DNA from: Syntrophaceae bacterium
GTDB lineage: Bacteria; Desulfobacterota; Desulfomonilia; UBA1062
NCBI GenBank assembly: GCA_039680665.1
Contig: JBDKSM010000122.1
Coordinates: forward strand, 6,832-70,831
Reading direction: 5' to 3'
Length of the DNA: 64,000 bases
The notes under the pieces: model-generated
Told to the model about the DNA's origin: nothing
What the model saw: only the letters and a program-made list of their open reading frames with translations
Databases searched by the model: none
Program-made: the position numbers and the translations under genes
Shown here: piece after piece, positions 50,464 to 58,795 of the stretch
Numbering within the stretch: the stretch's first letter is position 1
Layout: the number at the start of each line of letters is the position of its first letter

Positions 50464-50899
50464 GGCGATTCTAACCAGGGTGAGCGCGGCCTTCCCTCTT
50501 GTACCCAGGCCGTATGCGCTCCTGGCCGGTGAGCTGGGTTTAAGCGAGGACGAGGTGATCGCGCGGGTGCGGGCCTTAAAGGGCGGCGGGACGATCCGCC
50601 GTATCGGGGCCACCATCGACCCGCGGGCCGTGGCGTGGTACTCGACGCTGTGCGCCGTAAACGTGCCCGAATCCCGGATTGAAGAGTATGCGCAGGTAGT
50701 GAATGCCTTTGAGGAAGTGACCCACAACTATGTGCGCTCGGGCGTCCCCAATTGCTGGTTCACCATCATTGCGCCGGATAAGGCGCGGGCGGATGAGATC
50801 ATGGGTTTGATCCGATCCGCCCTGGATTTGCCCGTCCTCGAACTCCCGGCCACCCGGGTGTTCAAGATCGGGGTGCGTTTCAGCCTGTCTGACGACTAG
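50441..50899 (+). CDS. Siroheme decarboxylase subunit (AhbA/AhbB; NirD/L/G/H-like Lrp/AsnC-fold protein).
   Basis: 152 aa. N-terminal HTH ([33 protein letters not shown]) plus a C-terminal ACT-like domain, as in NirDL/AhbAB. Confidence 0.65.
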   Translation: MAMDKHDKAILTRVSAAFPLVPRPYALLAGELGLSEDEVIARVRALKGGGTIRRIGATIDPRAVAWYSTLCAVNVPESRIEEYAQVVNAFEEVTHNYVRSGVPNCWFTIIAPDKARADEIMGLIRSALDLPVLELPATRVFKIGVRFSLSDD

Positions 50900-51391
50900 T
50901 TATTTCTTTTTGAAGAGCTTAGAGAAGATCCCTTCCTCGCCGCGGTTTTTGATGTCCTTGGCAAGCTCTTCCTCATACCCCACCGTGGCGGCCAGGATGG
51001 CCCGGTCGAAGAACAGCACGATGCGGTTGTTCAGCTCCAGGCTTTTTGAGAGCTCATAGGAAGAATCCAGGAAGTGCTTCTCGAGCAGGTAGAGCCAGAG
51101 GTGCCGCTTGATCAACATCAGGAACATGATCACCTCGTGCAGCGGGATCTCGTCATGAAAACGCCGGCGGCCGAGGTCGGTGTAGAACTTGGACGTCTCG
51201 TCCTTGGGGGTGGCCCGATCGAGCCAGTGGCTCAATCCGCGGTACACATCCAAGACGCGTTCATGCAGGAATTCTTCACTGAACTTCTTGTGGTACTCGG
51301 TCTCGCCCCTTTTGAGAAGGTCTTTGACCACGCGTTTTGACAGCTCATCCGCATCCGTCTTGATCAGCTCCATAATTTTCAGGTATATCAT
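50900..51391 (-). CDS. Hypothetical protein, about 163 aa.
   Basis: ATG at 51391 preceded by GGAGGAAGGAG. Helical and K/E-rich. No recognised motif. Confidence 0.4.
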   Translation of the reverse strand: MIYLKIMELIKTDADELSKRVVKDLLKRGETEYHKKFSEEFLHERVLDVYRGLSHWLDRATPKDETSKFYTDLGRRRFHDEIPLHEVIMFLMLIKRHLWLYLLEKHFLDSSYELSKSLELNNRIVLFFDRAILAATVGYEEELAKDIKNRGEEGIFSKLFKKK

Positions 51392-51583
51392 AGCAATTCG
51401 CTCCTTCCTCATGAGTTTGCGTAGCATTGAGGCTGGACCCCACATATATACTATAATGATTTTGATGCATGAGCGCAATATAAAGTTCCGCCCGTTCCCG
51501 TGAAGATAAAAAATTGACACCGCCAAAAGGCTATGGCACATGCAGGTAAGCATCTGGTCAAATCATAACACGTGGGGTGAGGT

Positions 51584-52000
51584 ATGTCGGAGATCGTACG
51601 CTTCGGGGTTTCGCTCGATAATCGCCTGTTGGACAAGTTCGACCGACTGATCGAGAAACGCAGCTACACCAACCGCTCCGAGGCCCTGCGCGATCTCATC
51701 CGCCAGGAGCTGGTCAAGGAGGAATGGGAGCAGGGCCAGACGGTGGCCGGGGCCATCACCTATATCTACGATCACCACCAGCGCGATCTCTTGAACAAGC
51801 TGACCGGGCTTCAACATGATCATCAAGAAATCATCCTTTCCACCCAGCACATCCACCTCGACCACGACAACTGTCTGGAGATCGTGGCGGTCAAGGGCAT
51901 GGCCAAAGCGGTGCAGGACCTGGCCTTTGCCTTGCGCTCCATCAAAGGCGTGCGCCACGGCACGCTCAGTATGACCAGCACGGGCAAGGACATCGAGTAG
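51584..52000 (+). CDS. nikR: Nickel-responsive transcriptional regulator NikR.
   Basis: N-terminal ribbon-helix-helix (VRFGVSLDNRLLDKFDRLIEKRSYTNRSEALRDLI) and C-terminal nickel-binding ACT-like domain with H...HxxC/H ligands (HDHQE, HIHLDHDNCLE). Confidence 0.8.
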   Translation: MSEIVRFGVSLDNRLLDKFDRLIEKRSYTNRSEALRDLIRQELVKEEWEQGQTVAGAITYIYDHHQRDLLNKLTGLQHDHQEIILSTQHIHLDHDNCLEIVAVKGMAKAVQDLAFALRSIKGVRHGTLSMTSTGKDIE

Positions 52001-52148
52001 ACCGAGCGCCGGCTTAAGCCCTTGCAAATGGCGCTTACGCCAAAACCGGCCCTGGTTTCATCGTAACACGCGCGGATATATTATAATTTGAGAATGGCAT
52101 AATAATGGTAAATGTGCTACTGTCGTCTCCATAAAGGAGGACGACACT

Positions 52149-52835
52149 ATGCATATCCCGGATGGTTATCTGTCTCCGCAGACCTATGTGCCCTTTTACG
52201 CGGTTATCATTCCCTATCTGGGTTTTGCCGCCCGCAAGGTGAGTAAATCCATCCGTTCCCGACAGGTCCCGCTCTTGGCATTGGGCGCGGCCTTCTCATT
52301 CGTGATTATGATGTTTAATGTGCCCATCCCGGGTGGCACGACTGGACACGCCGTGGGCGGGGTCATTGTCGCCATTCTGTTGGGGCCCTGGGCCGCCAGC
52401 ATTGCCGTCTCCATTGCGCTCATTGTCCAGGCCCTCCTCTTCGGAGATGGCGGCATAACCGCCATCGGCGCCAACTGTTTCAATATGGGCGTGGTTATCC
52501 CCTTTGTCGGGTACTATGTCTACCAACTCATTTCCGGCAATTCCGCCATTTCCTCCGCGCGACGCTGGGTGGCGGGTGCCGTTGCCGGTTATGTGGGCCT
52601 GAATGTGGCCGCCGTTATTGCCGGAATTGAATTCGGTATCCAACCATTGATCGCCCACGCCCAGGACGGCCATCCGCTCTATGCCCCTTATTCTCTTTCG
52701 GTGGCTGTCCCGGCCATGGCGATTGAACACCTGATCCTTTTCGGCCTGGTCGAGGCATTGGTCACGGCCCTGATCATAAAATATCTCCAGAAGGCCGACC
52801 CTGATCTCTTGGCTGCTTACGGAGGTGCCAAATGA
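52149..52835 (+). CDS. nikM: ECF-type nickel/cobalt transporter substrate-capture component (CbiM/NikM).
   Basis: Invariant N-terminus MHIPDGYLS and 7 TM helices. Adjacent to nikR. Confidence 0.85.
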   Translation: MHIPDGYLSPQTYVPFYAVIIPYLGFAARKVSKSIRSRQVPLLALGAAFSFVIMMFNVPIPGGTTGHAVGGVIVAILLGPWAASIAVSIALIVQALLFGDGGITAIGANCFNMGVVIPFVGYYVYQLISGNSAISSARRWVAGAVAGYVGLNVAAVIAGIEFGIQPLIAHAQDGHPLYAPYSLSVAVPAMAIEHLILFGLVEALVTALIIKYLQKADPDLLAAYGGAK

Positions 52836-53176
52836 GCAAAGAAATGTCCACGATCAATAAATTGTGGCTGGGACTGTGTGTGCTTGCCCTCCTATCTCCC
52901 ATCGGCCTCATCCTGCCGGATAAGTTCAAGGCGGGTTCCGCCTGGGGCGAATGGGGGTCGGAAGAGATTCAAGCCATGGTGGGGTACATCCCCCAGGGTA
53001 TGCAGAAAGTGGCCGATCTCTGGCACGCTCCCTTGCCCGATTATGCCTTCCAGGGCTGGGACCAAATGGGTCTGGGCATGCTCAGCCTGGCCTATATCGT
53101 TTCGGCCGTGCTAGGAATTGCCATTATCGTTGCCGTAACTATGCTTTTGGGCAAACTCGTGCGGCAGAAGGATTAA
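52832..53176 (+). CDS. Small ECF-transporter accessory component (CbiN/NikN- or NikL-like).
   Basis: 114 aa with two TM helices flanking a periplasmic loop. ATGA-coupled to nikM. Confidence 0.55.
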   Translation: MSKEMSTINKLWLGLCVLALLSPIGLILPDKFKAGSAWGEWGSEEIQAMVGYIPQGMQKVADLWHAPLPDYAFQGWDQMGLGMLSLAYIVSAVLGIAIIVAVTMLLGKLVRQKD

Positions 53177-54112
53177 ATGATTCCTGATTGGCTCACACAG
53201 GAAGCGATCTCGATTCCGGGTCCGGTTGCATCGCACGTGGGCCGGCCTGGTTTTGTGGATAGGACCATCGATCATGCCGCGCATATTCTGAGGGATACGC
53301 TCATCTCCGAGGCGGTTGCAAAACGCCGCGGTCTCTTGCAGGCCTTGGACCCTCGCATAAAACTGATCAGCATCCTGGCCTTGATTGTCTGCGTAAGCAT
53401 CCTGCGATCTCCCGTGACCATCTGGGGGGTATATGGTTGTACGCTTCTGCTGGCCGGGGCTTCGTGCGTGCCGCTGCTCTTTTTCATCAAACGCGTCTGG
53501 CTTTTTATCCCCTTGTTTTCGGCCGTCATCGTCATCCCGGCCCTGTTCAATCTGGTCACCCCCGGCGAACCGCTGTGCACGGTATTCCATTTGGCGCGCA
53601 GCTATGACTACGGCCCCTATCATATACCCGCTACCATTACCGTTACCCGGCAGGGTGTGCTGTGCGCCGTAACGTTCATTGGTCGGGTGTCGGCTTCGGT
53701 CTCCTTGGCGGTCCTGCTCACCCTGACAACCCTATGGAGCACGCTGCTCCAGGCCCTTGGCGTTCTGCGTGTGCCCCAGATCTTTATCCTTATCCTGGGT
53801 ATGGCGTACCGCTACATAATCCTGCTGGTGAATACCGTACGTGACATTCATATCGCCCGCAAAAGCAGGACGGTCCGTTACGGTTCCACCACATTCGAAC
53901 AGCGCTGGGTCGCCTCGCGTATGGGATATGTCTTTAAGAAAACCTACACCATGAGTCAGGATGTACACAACGCCATGTTATCCCGTGGATTTTCGGGGCA
54001 GGCCAAGACACTCATGGTTTTTAAAACCCACGACTACGATTACGCCTGGTGTTTCCTGGTAGCCGTCTTCTGTACGGGATCAATCATTATCGACCATATC
54101 ATGCTGAGGTAG
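53177..54112 (+). CDS. ECF transporter transmembrane (T) component (CbiQ/NikQ).
   Basis: Multi-TM protein with a C-terminal ARxxR-like motif (IARKSRTVRYG). Confidence 0.75.
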   Translation: MIPDWLTQEAISIPGPVASHVGRPGFVDRTIDHAAHILRDTLISEAVAKRRGLLQALDPRIKLISILALIVCVSILRSPVTIWGVYGCTLLLAGASCVPLLFFIKRVWLFIPLFSAVIVIPALFNLVTPGEPLCTVFHLARSYDYGPYHIPATITVTRQGVLCAVTFIGRVSASVSLAVLLTLTTLWSTLLQALGVLRVPQIFILILGMAYRYIILLVNTVRDIHIARKSRTVRYGSTTFEQRWVASRMGYVFKKTYTMSQDVHNAMLSRGFSGQAKTLMVFKTHDYDYAWCFLVAVFCTGSIIIDHIMLR

Positions 54113-54144
54113 GGCTGCTTGCAAGCATGGTGAATGAGGCACAT

Positions 54145-54987
54145 ATGCATTCCATCTACCAACTCTCGGATGTCGGCTATAGGTACCATGCCTCTATCCC
54201 GGCCCTCTCAAAGATCAACCTCACGATCCAACCCGGCGAGTCACTGTCTATATTGGGGGCCAACGGTTCCGGTAAATCAACCCTCCTGCATCTCCTGGAC
54301 GGTCTGATATTCCCTACCGCAGGGACCATGACGGCCTTTGGCGAAGTTTTGACCGAAGAGAAACTTGAAACAAATGCTTTTCGCCGTTTTTTCAGAAGCA
54401 GGGTAGGCTTCGTTTTCCAGAACCCCGACATTCAACTCTTCTGTCCGACCGTCTTCGATGAGGTCGCTTTTGGTCCCTTACAGCTCGATCTGCCGGCGGG
54501 AGAAGTTCTGCGCCGGGTGGATGATGTCCTCAATATGCTCGGGATCACGGCCCTGAAGGATCGGACCCCCAGTCAACTCTCAGGCGGGGAGAAGAAGCGC
54601 GTGGCCATTGCCTCAGTTCTATCGCTCAATCCCCAGGTGTTGCTCCTGGATGAGCCGACCAATTCCTTGGACCTGCGCACGCGCCACTGGTTGATCGGAC
54701 TGATCAGTGAACTCAAGCAGGCTGGTAAGACCATTATTACCACCACGCATGATATCTCCATTATTGATAAGATCTCCGCACGCGTACTGGTCATGGATGA
54801 GGACCATACCCTGGCCGCTGACGGAGATCCAGCGGCGATTATTAGCAATCATGAACTTTTGCACCGGGCGAATATCATCCACGAACATGAAACCGGATTA
54901 CCCGGACATGCCCACCTCCAGGATGAGGCCAATCACGGGAAAAAGGTTGTCAATTTGGCGCTGGCCTCAAAGCACGATAAAAAATAA
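54145..54987 (+). CDS. ECF transporter ATPase component (CbiO/NikO).
   Basis: Walker A GANGSGKST, ABC signature LSGGEKKR, Walker B LLLDEPT. Start chosen at 54145 (GAGG 5 nt upstream); the ORF track extends to 54049 and 54127 is also possible. Confidence 0.85.
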   Translation: MHSIYQLSDVGYRYHASIPALSKINLTIQPGESLSILGANGSGKSTLLHLLDGLIFPTAGTMTAFGEVLTEEKLETNAFRRFFRSRVGFVFQNPDIQLFCPTVFDEVAFGPLQLDLPAGEVLRRVDDVLNMLGITALKDRTPSQLSGGEKKRVAIASVLSLNPQVLLLDEPTNSLDLRTRHWLIGLISELKQAGKTIITTTHDISIIDKISARVLVMDEDHTLAADGDPAAIISNHELLHRANIIHEHETGLPGHAHLQDEANHGKKVVNLALASKHDKK

Positions 54988-55261
54988 AGTCTGTTCTTTA
55001 TGCCGCCTTAGAGATCTGGTCAGAAACCCGGATGGTAGAATACCACTGATCGGCTTTGGGCTGAGGCGAGAGAGCGTTCGGCAATTGTGGCCGCATTGAG
55101 TTGACGAAAGTCTTGACCAGTCCGTGCGGAATGACATGGGAAAAATCCACAGCCCCCGATCGGCCGCAAGTCGCCGTTGGACCAAGCCGCGAGATCTTTG
55201 CCGATGAGCGGCCTCTGCTGGACAACTATCTTGGAGAGCCTTTGTTGCGTAGGCAGGGCGT

Positions 55262-55684
55262 TCAGAACGACGCGGATGTGACTCTGAACCCGAGGGCCGC
55301 CAAGTCGGGTTCGGTTGAGCAGTCATGCCCCCTTTGTTCTAAGGGCGGGATGATCGCGTGGCCGGTTATGGGCCGAGAGACGAAGAGCGGGAATTGGTGC
55401 TGCAGCGCGTTGACGATTTGTTTCACCACTTCGCGTTTATCGGGCGCCAGGGAGTAATAAACCTTGTGCCCCTGCCTCCTGCAGGCCAGGATTCCGGCCC
55501 GCCGGAGGTCCGCTAGGGCATGCGAGGTGTCCGATTGCCGCAGGTGGAGCTTCTCGACCATTTGAGAAACGCAGAGTTCTTCGTGACGGGTCAGGAGCAC
55601 CACAATGTGCAACCGTCGATATTCCGCCAGCACCCTTAAAAAATCCAGAGATCGATGCATGCAGGGGGCCTCGTATCTTTGCAT
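55262..55684 (-). CDS. ArsR/SmtB-family metalloregulatory transcription factor.
   Basis: Winged-HTH region LDFLRVLAEYRRLHIVVLLTRHEELCVSQMVEKLHLRQSDTSHALADLRRAGIL. Last gene of the hydA-hydB-cytb operon. Confidence 0.7.
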   Translation of the reverse strand: MQRYEAPCMHRSLDFLRVLAEYRRLHIVVLLTRHEELCVSQMVEKLHLRQSDTSHALADLRRAGILACRRQGHKVYYSLAPDKREVVKQIVNALQHQFPLFVSRPITGHAIIPPLEQRGHDCSTEPDLAALGFRVTSASF

Positions 55685-55687
55685 TGA

Positions 55688-56344
55688 TCAACTCCGATCG
55701 GTGAGGGCGACAATCTCACCCTGGACCCACAAGGGCGCAACCTCGGCCGCCTCCTCGTAGGGGATGCGGCCGTGCAGGAACATGGCCTTGAAATCATCGA
55801 ACATATAGATGCCCAGGAAGATGTGCACCAGCAGGAACAGGGTCAAGAAGAGGCCCGCGATCAGGTGGATATCGCCGAAGGCCTTGGCCAGGGCGTGCGG
55901 GATGACATGCGGAAACAGCCACAGGCTCAGGCCCGTTCCGATCAGCAGGATGCCGCCGACCAGGATGCAGGCGCCGAAGAGCTTCTGCCCGGAATTGTAT
56001 TTGCCCATGGGCGGCACCGGCACCTTCTTGCGCAGCAGAAACTTCTGCGGGTACCCGCCCAGGACCGCGAACCATTTGACATCGTTCAGGCCGAAGGTGA
56101 AGGCGCGCTTGGTAAACAGCACCACGCGGTCCAGGGCCAAGACGAAGAACGCCGCGGCGTCCAGCGTCAGGACCATCCCGGCGATTACGTGCACGCGCAT
56201 CAGCAGATTCATGGCTGCTTCGCTGAAGGGTTTTAGAAACAACGCGACCCCGGTGGCCGCCAGGGGGATAAAGCTTAAGACCAGAAAGTAATGGAACATC
56301 CTGACCCGCAAGGGGTGTTTCAAGATAGCGGCATGTGTGGACAT
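55688..56344 (-). CDS. Membrane di-heme cytochrome b (FdoI/HyaC-like gamma subunit, PF01292).
   Basis: Four TM helices with conserved His, and the KYNSGQKL motif characteristic of formate-dehydrogenase and hydrogenase b-type cytochromes. AGGAG RBS. Confidence 0.7.
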   Translation of the reverse strand: MSTHAAILKHPLRVRMFHYFLVLSFIPLAATGVALFLKPFSEAAMNLLMRVHVIAGMVLTLDAAAFFVLALDRVVLFTKRAFTFGLNDVKWFAVLGGYPQKFLLRKKVPVPPMGKYNSGQKLFGACILVGGILLIGTGLSLWLFPHVIPHALAKAFGDIHLIAGLFLTLFLLVHIFLGIYMFDDFKAMFLHGRIPYEEAAEVAPLWVQGEIVALTDRS

Positions 56345-56366
56345 AGAACGATCTCCTTTGCTATCA

Positions 56367-56687
56367 TCAGGCCATGGCCCGGCTGCGATCGATGTAACGG
56401 GTGTGCAGCAGTTCTTCCGAGACCTCGCTCAACGGGTTCCCCAGGAAGTCTTGATACAGTCTCGATACGCCCTGGTTGGCGTGGCTGACGCGAACCTTGG
56501 CGTTGGTATCGTCTTTGTACAACCCAGCCGTGCGGGCGCGGATGTAATCGTTGCGTTTGACCGCCATGCGTCTGACCACCGCCGCCGGCAGGGCGGTCAA
56601 GGCGATGAGCGCCCCGCTGATGGACAGAAACTCGCGGCGCGACACGCTCATGGGATTTTCAATGTATTGATACTCTTCGGCACTCAT
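56367..56687 (-). CDS. hydB: Periplasmic [FeFe]-hydrogenase small subunit (HydB) with twin-arginine signal peptide.
   Basis: Tat motif SRREFL. LYQDFLGNPLSEVSEELLHTRYIDRS is close to Desulfovibrio HydB ([26 protein letters not shown]). ATG at 56687 with AGGAGA RBS. The ORF track's longer N-terminus is an artifact. Confidence 0.75.
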   Translation of the reverse strand: MSAEEYQYIENPMSVSRREFLSISGALIALTALPAAVVRRMAVKRNDYIRARTAGLYKDDTNAKVRVSHANQGVSRLYQDFLGNPLSEVSEELLHTRYIDRSRAMA

Positions 56688-56719
56688 GGTTTTCTCCTCT
56701 CTATTTGCGAAGACGATCG

Positions 56720-58000
56720 TTATTTCCAGGCCAGCAGGGGCGACATGGCGCCCAGCCATCCGCTGCCGACGGCCGGGATGGGCTGGCCGCCGCCGTTGAT
56801 GCACCCGCCCGGGCAGTTCATGACCTCGATGAAATGGTAGGGCGAACGCCCGGACAGGATCTCATCCAGCACGGGCGTGATGTTTTCGCGCAGCCCGTGG
56901 ACGACCGCCACATTGACGGTGGCCTCCTTTTTGAACTTCGTGTCCAGAAGGGTTACCGAGGCGGTCTTCACGCCTTTCAAGCCGCGTACCGGCTTGAATT
57001 CCAGCGGCGCAAGCTCCTCGCCGGTCAGCACGGCGTGCACGGTGCGCACGGCCGCCTCCATCACGCCGCCGGTATTGCCGAAGATCGTGCCCGCGCCGCT
57101 GTACTGGGCCAGGATGCTCTCGTCGGCCGCCTCCGGCGTCTTGGCCAGATCGATGCCCATCTCCTTGAGCAATCGGGCCAGGTCGCGCGTGGTCAGTACC
57201 GCGTCGATATCGGGGTAGGGCGTGCCGGAACCGGCTCCCTGCTCTTTGCTTGCATGGGCAAAGGCGCTGCGGAACTCGGGGCGGCTGGCCTCGAACTTCT
57301 TAGCCGTGCAGGGCATGACGCCCACGGTGTAGACGTTTGCGGGCCTCACGCTCCAAACCTTGGCGGCGCCGTAGGTTTTGGCCACGGCGCCGGCCATCTG
57401 CTGCGGCGATTTGGCCGAGGAAAGATGGGGGATCAGCGACGGGTAATTGAGCTCGACATATCGCACCCAGGCCGGGCAACAGGAGGTGAACTGAGGCAGG
57501 GGTCCGGGCTTGTGTCCGGGAATCTCATCGCCGAACACCGCGGCGCGGACGCGGTGAATGAACTCCGTGCCCTCCTCCATGATGGTCAGGTCGGCGGCAT
57601 AGTTGTTGTCGAAGATCATGAACCCGGCCTTGTGCATGGCCCCGTACATGCGCCGCGTCGCCAAAGAACCGGGGGGCATGCCGAATTCCTCGCCGATGGC
57701 AACCCGTACGGCCGGGGCGATGATGCCCACCACCGTCGTGTTGGGGTCTTTGAGCTTGGATACCACGGTGTTCACGGCATCCACCATCTCGTACGGGGCG
57801 CCGAAGGGGCAGTTGATCAGGCACTGCCCGCAATTAATGCACTTGGCGGCATCGATCGTATGCACGGCCCCGAACATGCCGGAGATGGCCTTGGTGGCGC
57901 AATGGCGCTTGCAGGTATCGCAGCCCTTGCAGCGGTGCGCGTCAATGATGATGATGCCCGGGACCTCGCCTGCCTGAAAGGTTTTTGTGATCTGTTCCAA
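56720..58000 (-). CDS. hydA: [FeFe]-hydrogenase large (catalytic) subunit (HydA), Desulfovibrio periplasmic type.
   Basis: Two N-terminal ferredoxin-like 4Fe-4S motifs (CKGCDTCKRHC, CINCGQCLINCP) and H-cluster motifs TSCCPAW, MPCTAKK and a C-terminal CPGGC. TTG start with GGAGG 8 nt upstream. Confidence 0.85.
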   Translation of the reverse strand: MEQITKTFQAGEVPGIIIIDAHRCKGCDTCKRHCATKAISGMFGAVHTIDAAKCINCGQCLINCPFGAPYEMVDAVNTVVSKLKDPNTTVVGIIAPAVRVAIGEEFGMPPGSLATRRMYGAMHKAGFMIFDNNYAADLTIMEEGTEFIHRVRAAVFGDEIPGHKPGPLPQFTSCCPAWVRYVELNYPSLIPHLSSAKSPQQMAGAVAKTYGAAKVWSVRPANVYTVGVMPCTAKKFEASRPEFRSAFAHASKEQGAGSGTPYPDIDAVLTTRDLARLLKEMGIDLAKTPEAADESILAQYSGAGTIFGNTGGVMEAAVRTVHAVLTGEELAPLEFKPVRGLKGVKTASVTLLDTKFKKEATVNVAVVHGLRENITPVLDEILSGRSPYHFIEVMNCPGGCINGGGQPIPAVGSGWLGAMSPLLAWK

Positions 58001-58050
58001 TGACCCTACCTCCTCGAGTTAAATCTCTCCATCGGAGAATAGGTCATAAA

Positions 58051-58077
58051 GTAGCACTAAATAAAAAAACGTGCTAC
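58051..58077. promoter_or_regulatory. Palindromic operator candidate GTAGCAC-N13-GTGCTAC, 51-77 bp upstream of the hydA start.
   Basis: Exact 7-bp inverted half-sites with an AT-rich 13-bp spacer (TAAATAAAAAAAC). Confidence 0.55.
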
Positions 58078-58084
58078 AAAAAAA
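58058..58084. other. Coordinate error: the second palindrome copy is at 58358-58384, not here; the true interval is the next feature.
   Basis: Retained only to flag the correction. Confidence 0.
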
Positions 58085-58117
58085 TAACTCCTTTGAGTTT
58101 TTAATTCCTTGCAATGC

Positions 58118-58309
58118 TTATACCTGAGTCTTGAACGCCCCCAGTTGTCTGTCGGATGCTTCCGGAGAGGCATCCCAGTGGATGTTTTTCTTTTTCAGGT
58201 ATTCAATAAGATCGGCCTCGTGGTCGTGCGTGTGCGGCGTCTCCTCTTCCCTGCCGCAGCAGCACTCGATGCCGATCTGCACCAGCCTGGTGTCCGATCC
58301 AATACACAT
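58118..58309 (-). CDS. Small (63 aa) Cys/His-rich hypothetical protein, candidate metal-binding protein.
   Basis: ATG at 58309 with AGGAGG 6 nt upstream. Sequence MCIGSDTRLVQIGIECCCGREEETPHTHDHEADLIEYLKK, with a CCC triplet and an HTHDHE cluster. Confidence 0.4.
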   Translation of the reverse strand: MCIGSDTRLVQIGIECCCGREEETPHTHDHEADLIEYLKKKNIHWDASPEASDRQLGAFKTQV

Positions 58310-58357
58310 ATGCAACCTCCTTTCTCAATATTTTCTGCATCGCGGAATGCGGTGGTA

Positions 58358-58384
58358 ATAGCACAATAAATATATACGTGCTAC
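58358..58384. promoter_or_regulatory. Second copy of the palindromic operator, ATAGCAC-N13-GTGCTAC, about 50 bp upstream of the small Cys/His-rich ORF.
   Basis: Half-sites ATAGCAC / GTGCTAC with the 13-bp AT-rich spacer AATAAATATATAC, 300 bp from the first copy. Confidence 0.55.
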
Positions 58385-58462
58385 CATATACCGCGGGCAT
58401 GTCTTCGAAGTACGTCTTCTAAATAATATGTCTCCGAAAAATATTGACCTCGTTTTAACGTG

Positions 58463-58491
58463 TTGACGGATGAGCGGATATCGGCTTAAAT
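58463..58491 (+). promoter_or_regulatory. Candidate sigma-70 promoter, TTGACG-N17-TTAAAT, for the riboswitch-metE transcript.
   Basis: Read directly: TTGACGgatgagcggatatcggcTTAAAT, about 10 bp upstream of the riboswitch. Confidence 0.4.
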
Positions 58492-58496
58492 AAAAA

Positions 58497-58670
58497 ATGC
58501 GCTTCAAGAAACGGAAGACGGTGCAAATCCGTCGCGGACGCGCCACTGTAACCGACGCATACCTGCCGTAACCACTGCGGTAACCCCGCGGGAAGGTCCG
58601 GCGCCACAGGGTCGGAAGCCAGGAGACGCCTTGAAAGCGCGGGGCACGACTGTCTCGCGGTCAGACAGGC
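58497..58670 (+). ncRNA. Cobalamin (B12) riboswitch in the metE leader.
   Basis: Conserved blocks GGTGCAAATCC, GCCACTG and a B12-box-like AGCCAGGAGACGCC. A structured GC-rich expression platform runs to the metE RBS (AAGGAG at 58781). Confidence 0.6.
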
Positions 58671-58795
58671 ATGCGGAGTGGTGGGTATACCTGCGGACTT
58701 TTGCCGGAAAGCGCCGGGTCATCCCCTCTGTTTGTCACCCTTGCGAGCCGTCTCTGCCAAAAATAAACGCGAAGGCAAGAAAGGAGTGACAAAAA

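Noticed and set aside
51533-51551. TGGCAC-like sequence upstream of nikR as a sigma-54 promoter.
   Set aside because: The spacing between the GG and GC elements is 13 rather than 10 nt, and there is no TTGC at -12.
56705-58003. 432-aa + strand ORF antisense to hydA.
   Set aside because: hydA has definitive H-cluster and ferredoxin motifs. The antisense frame is Gly/Arg/Ala-rich with no motif.
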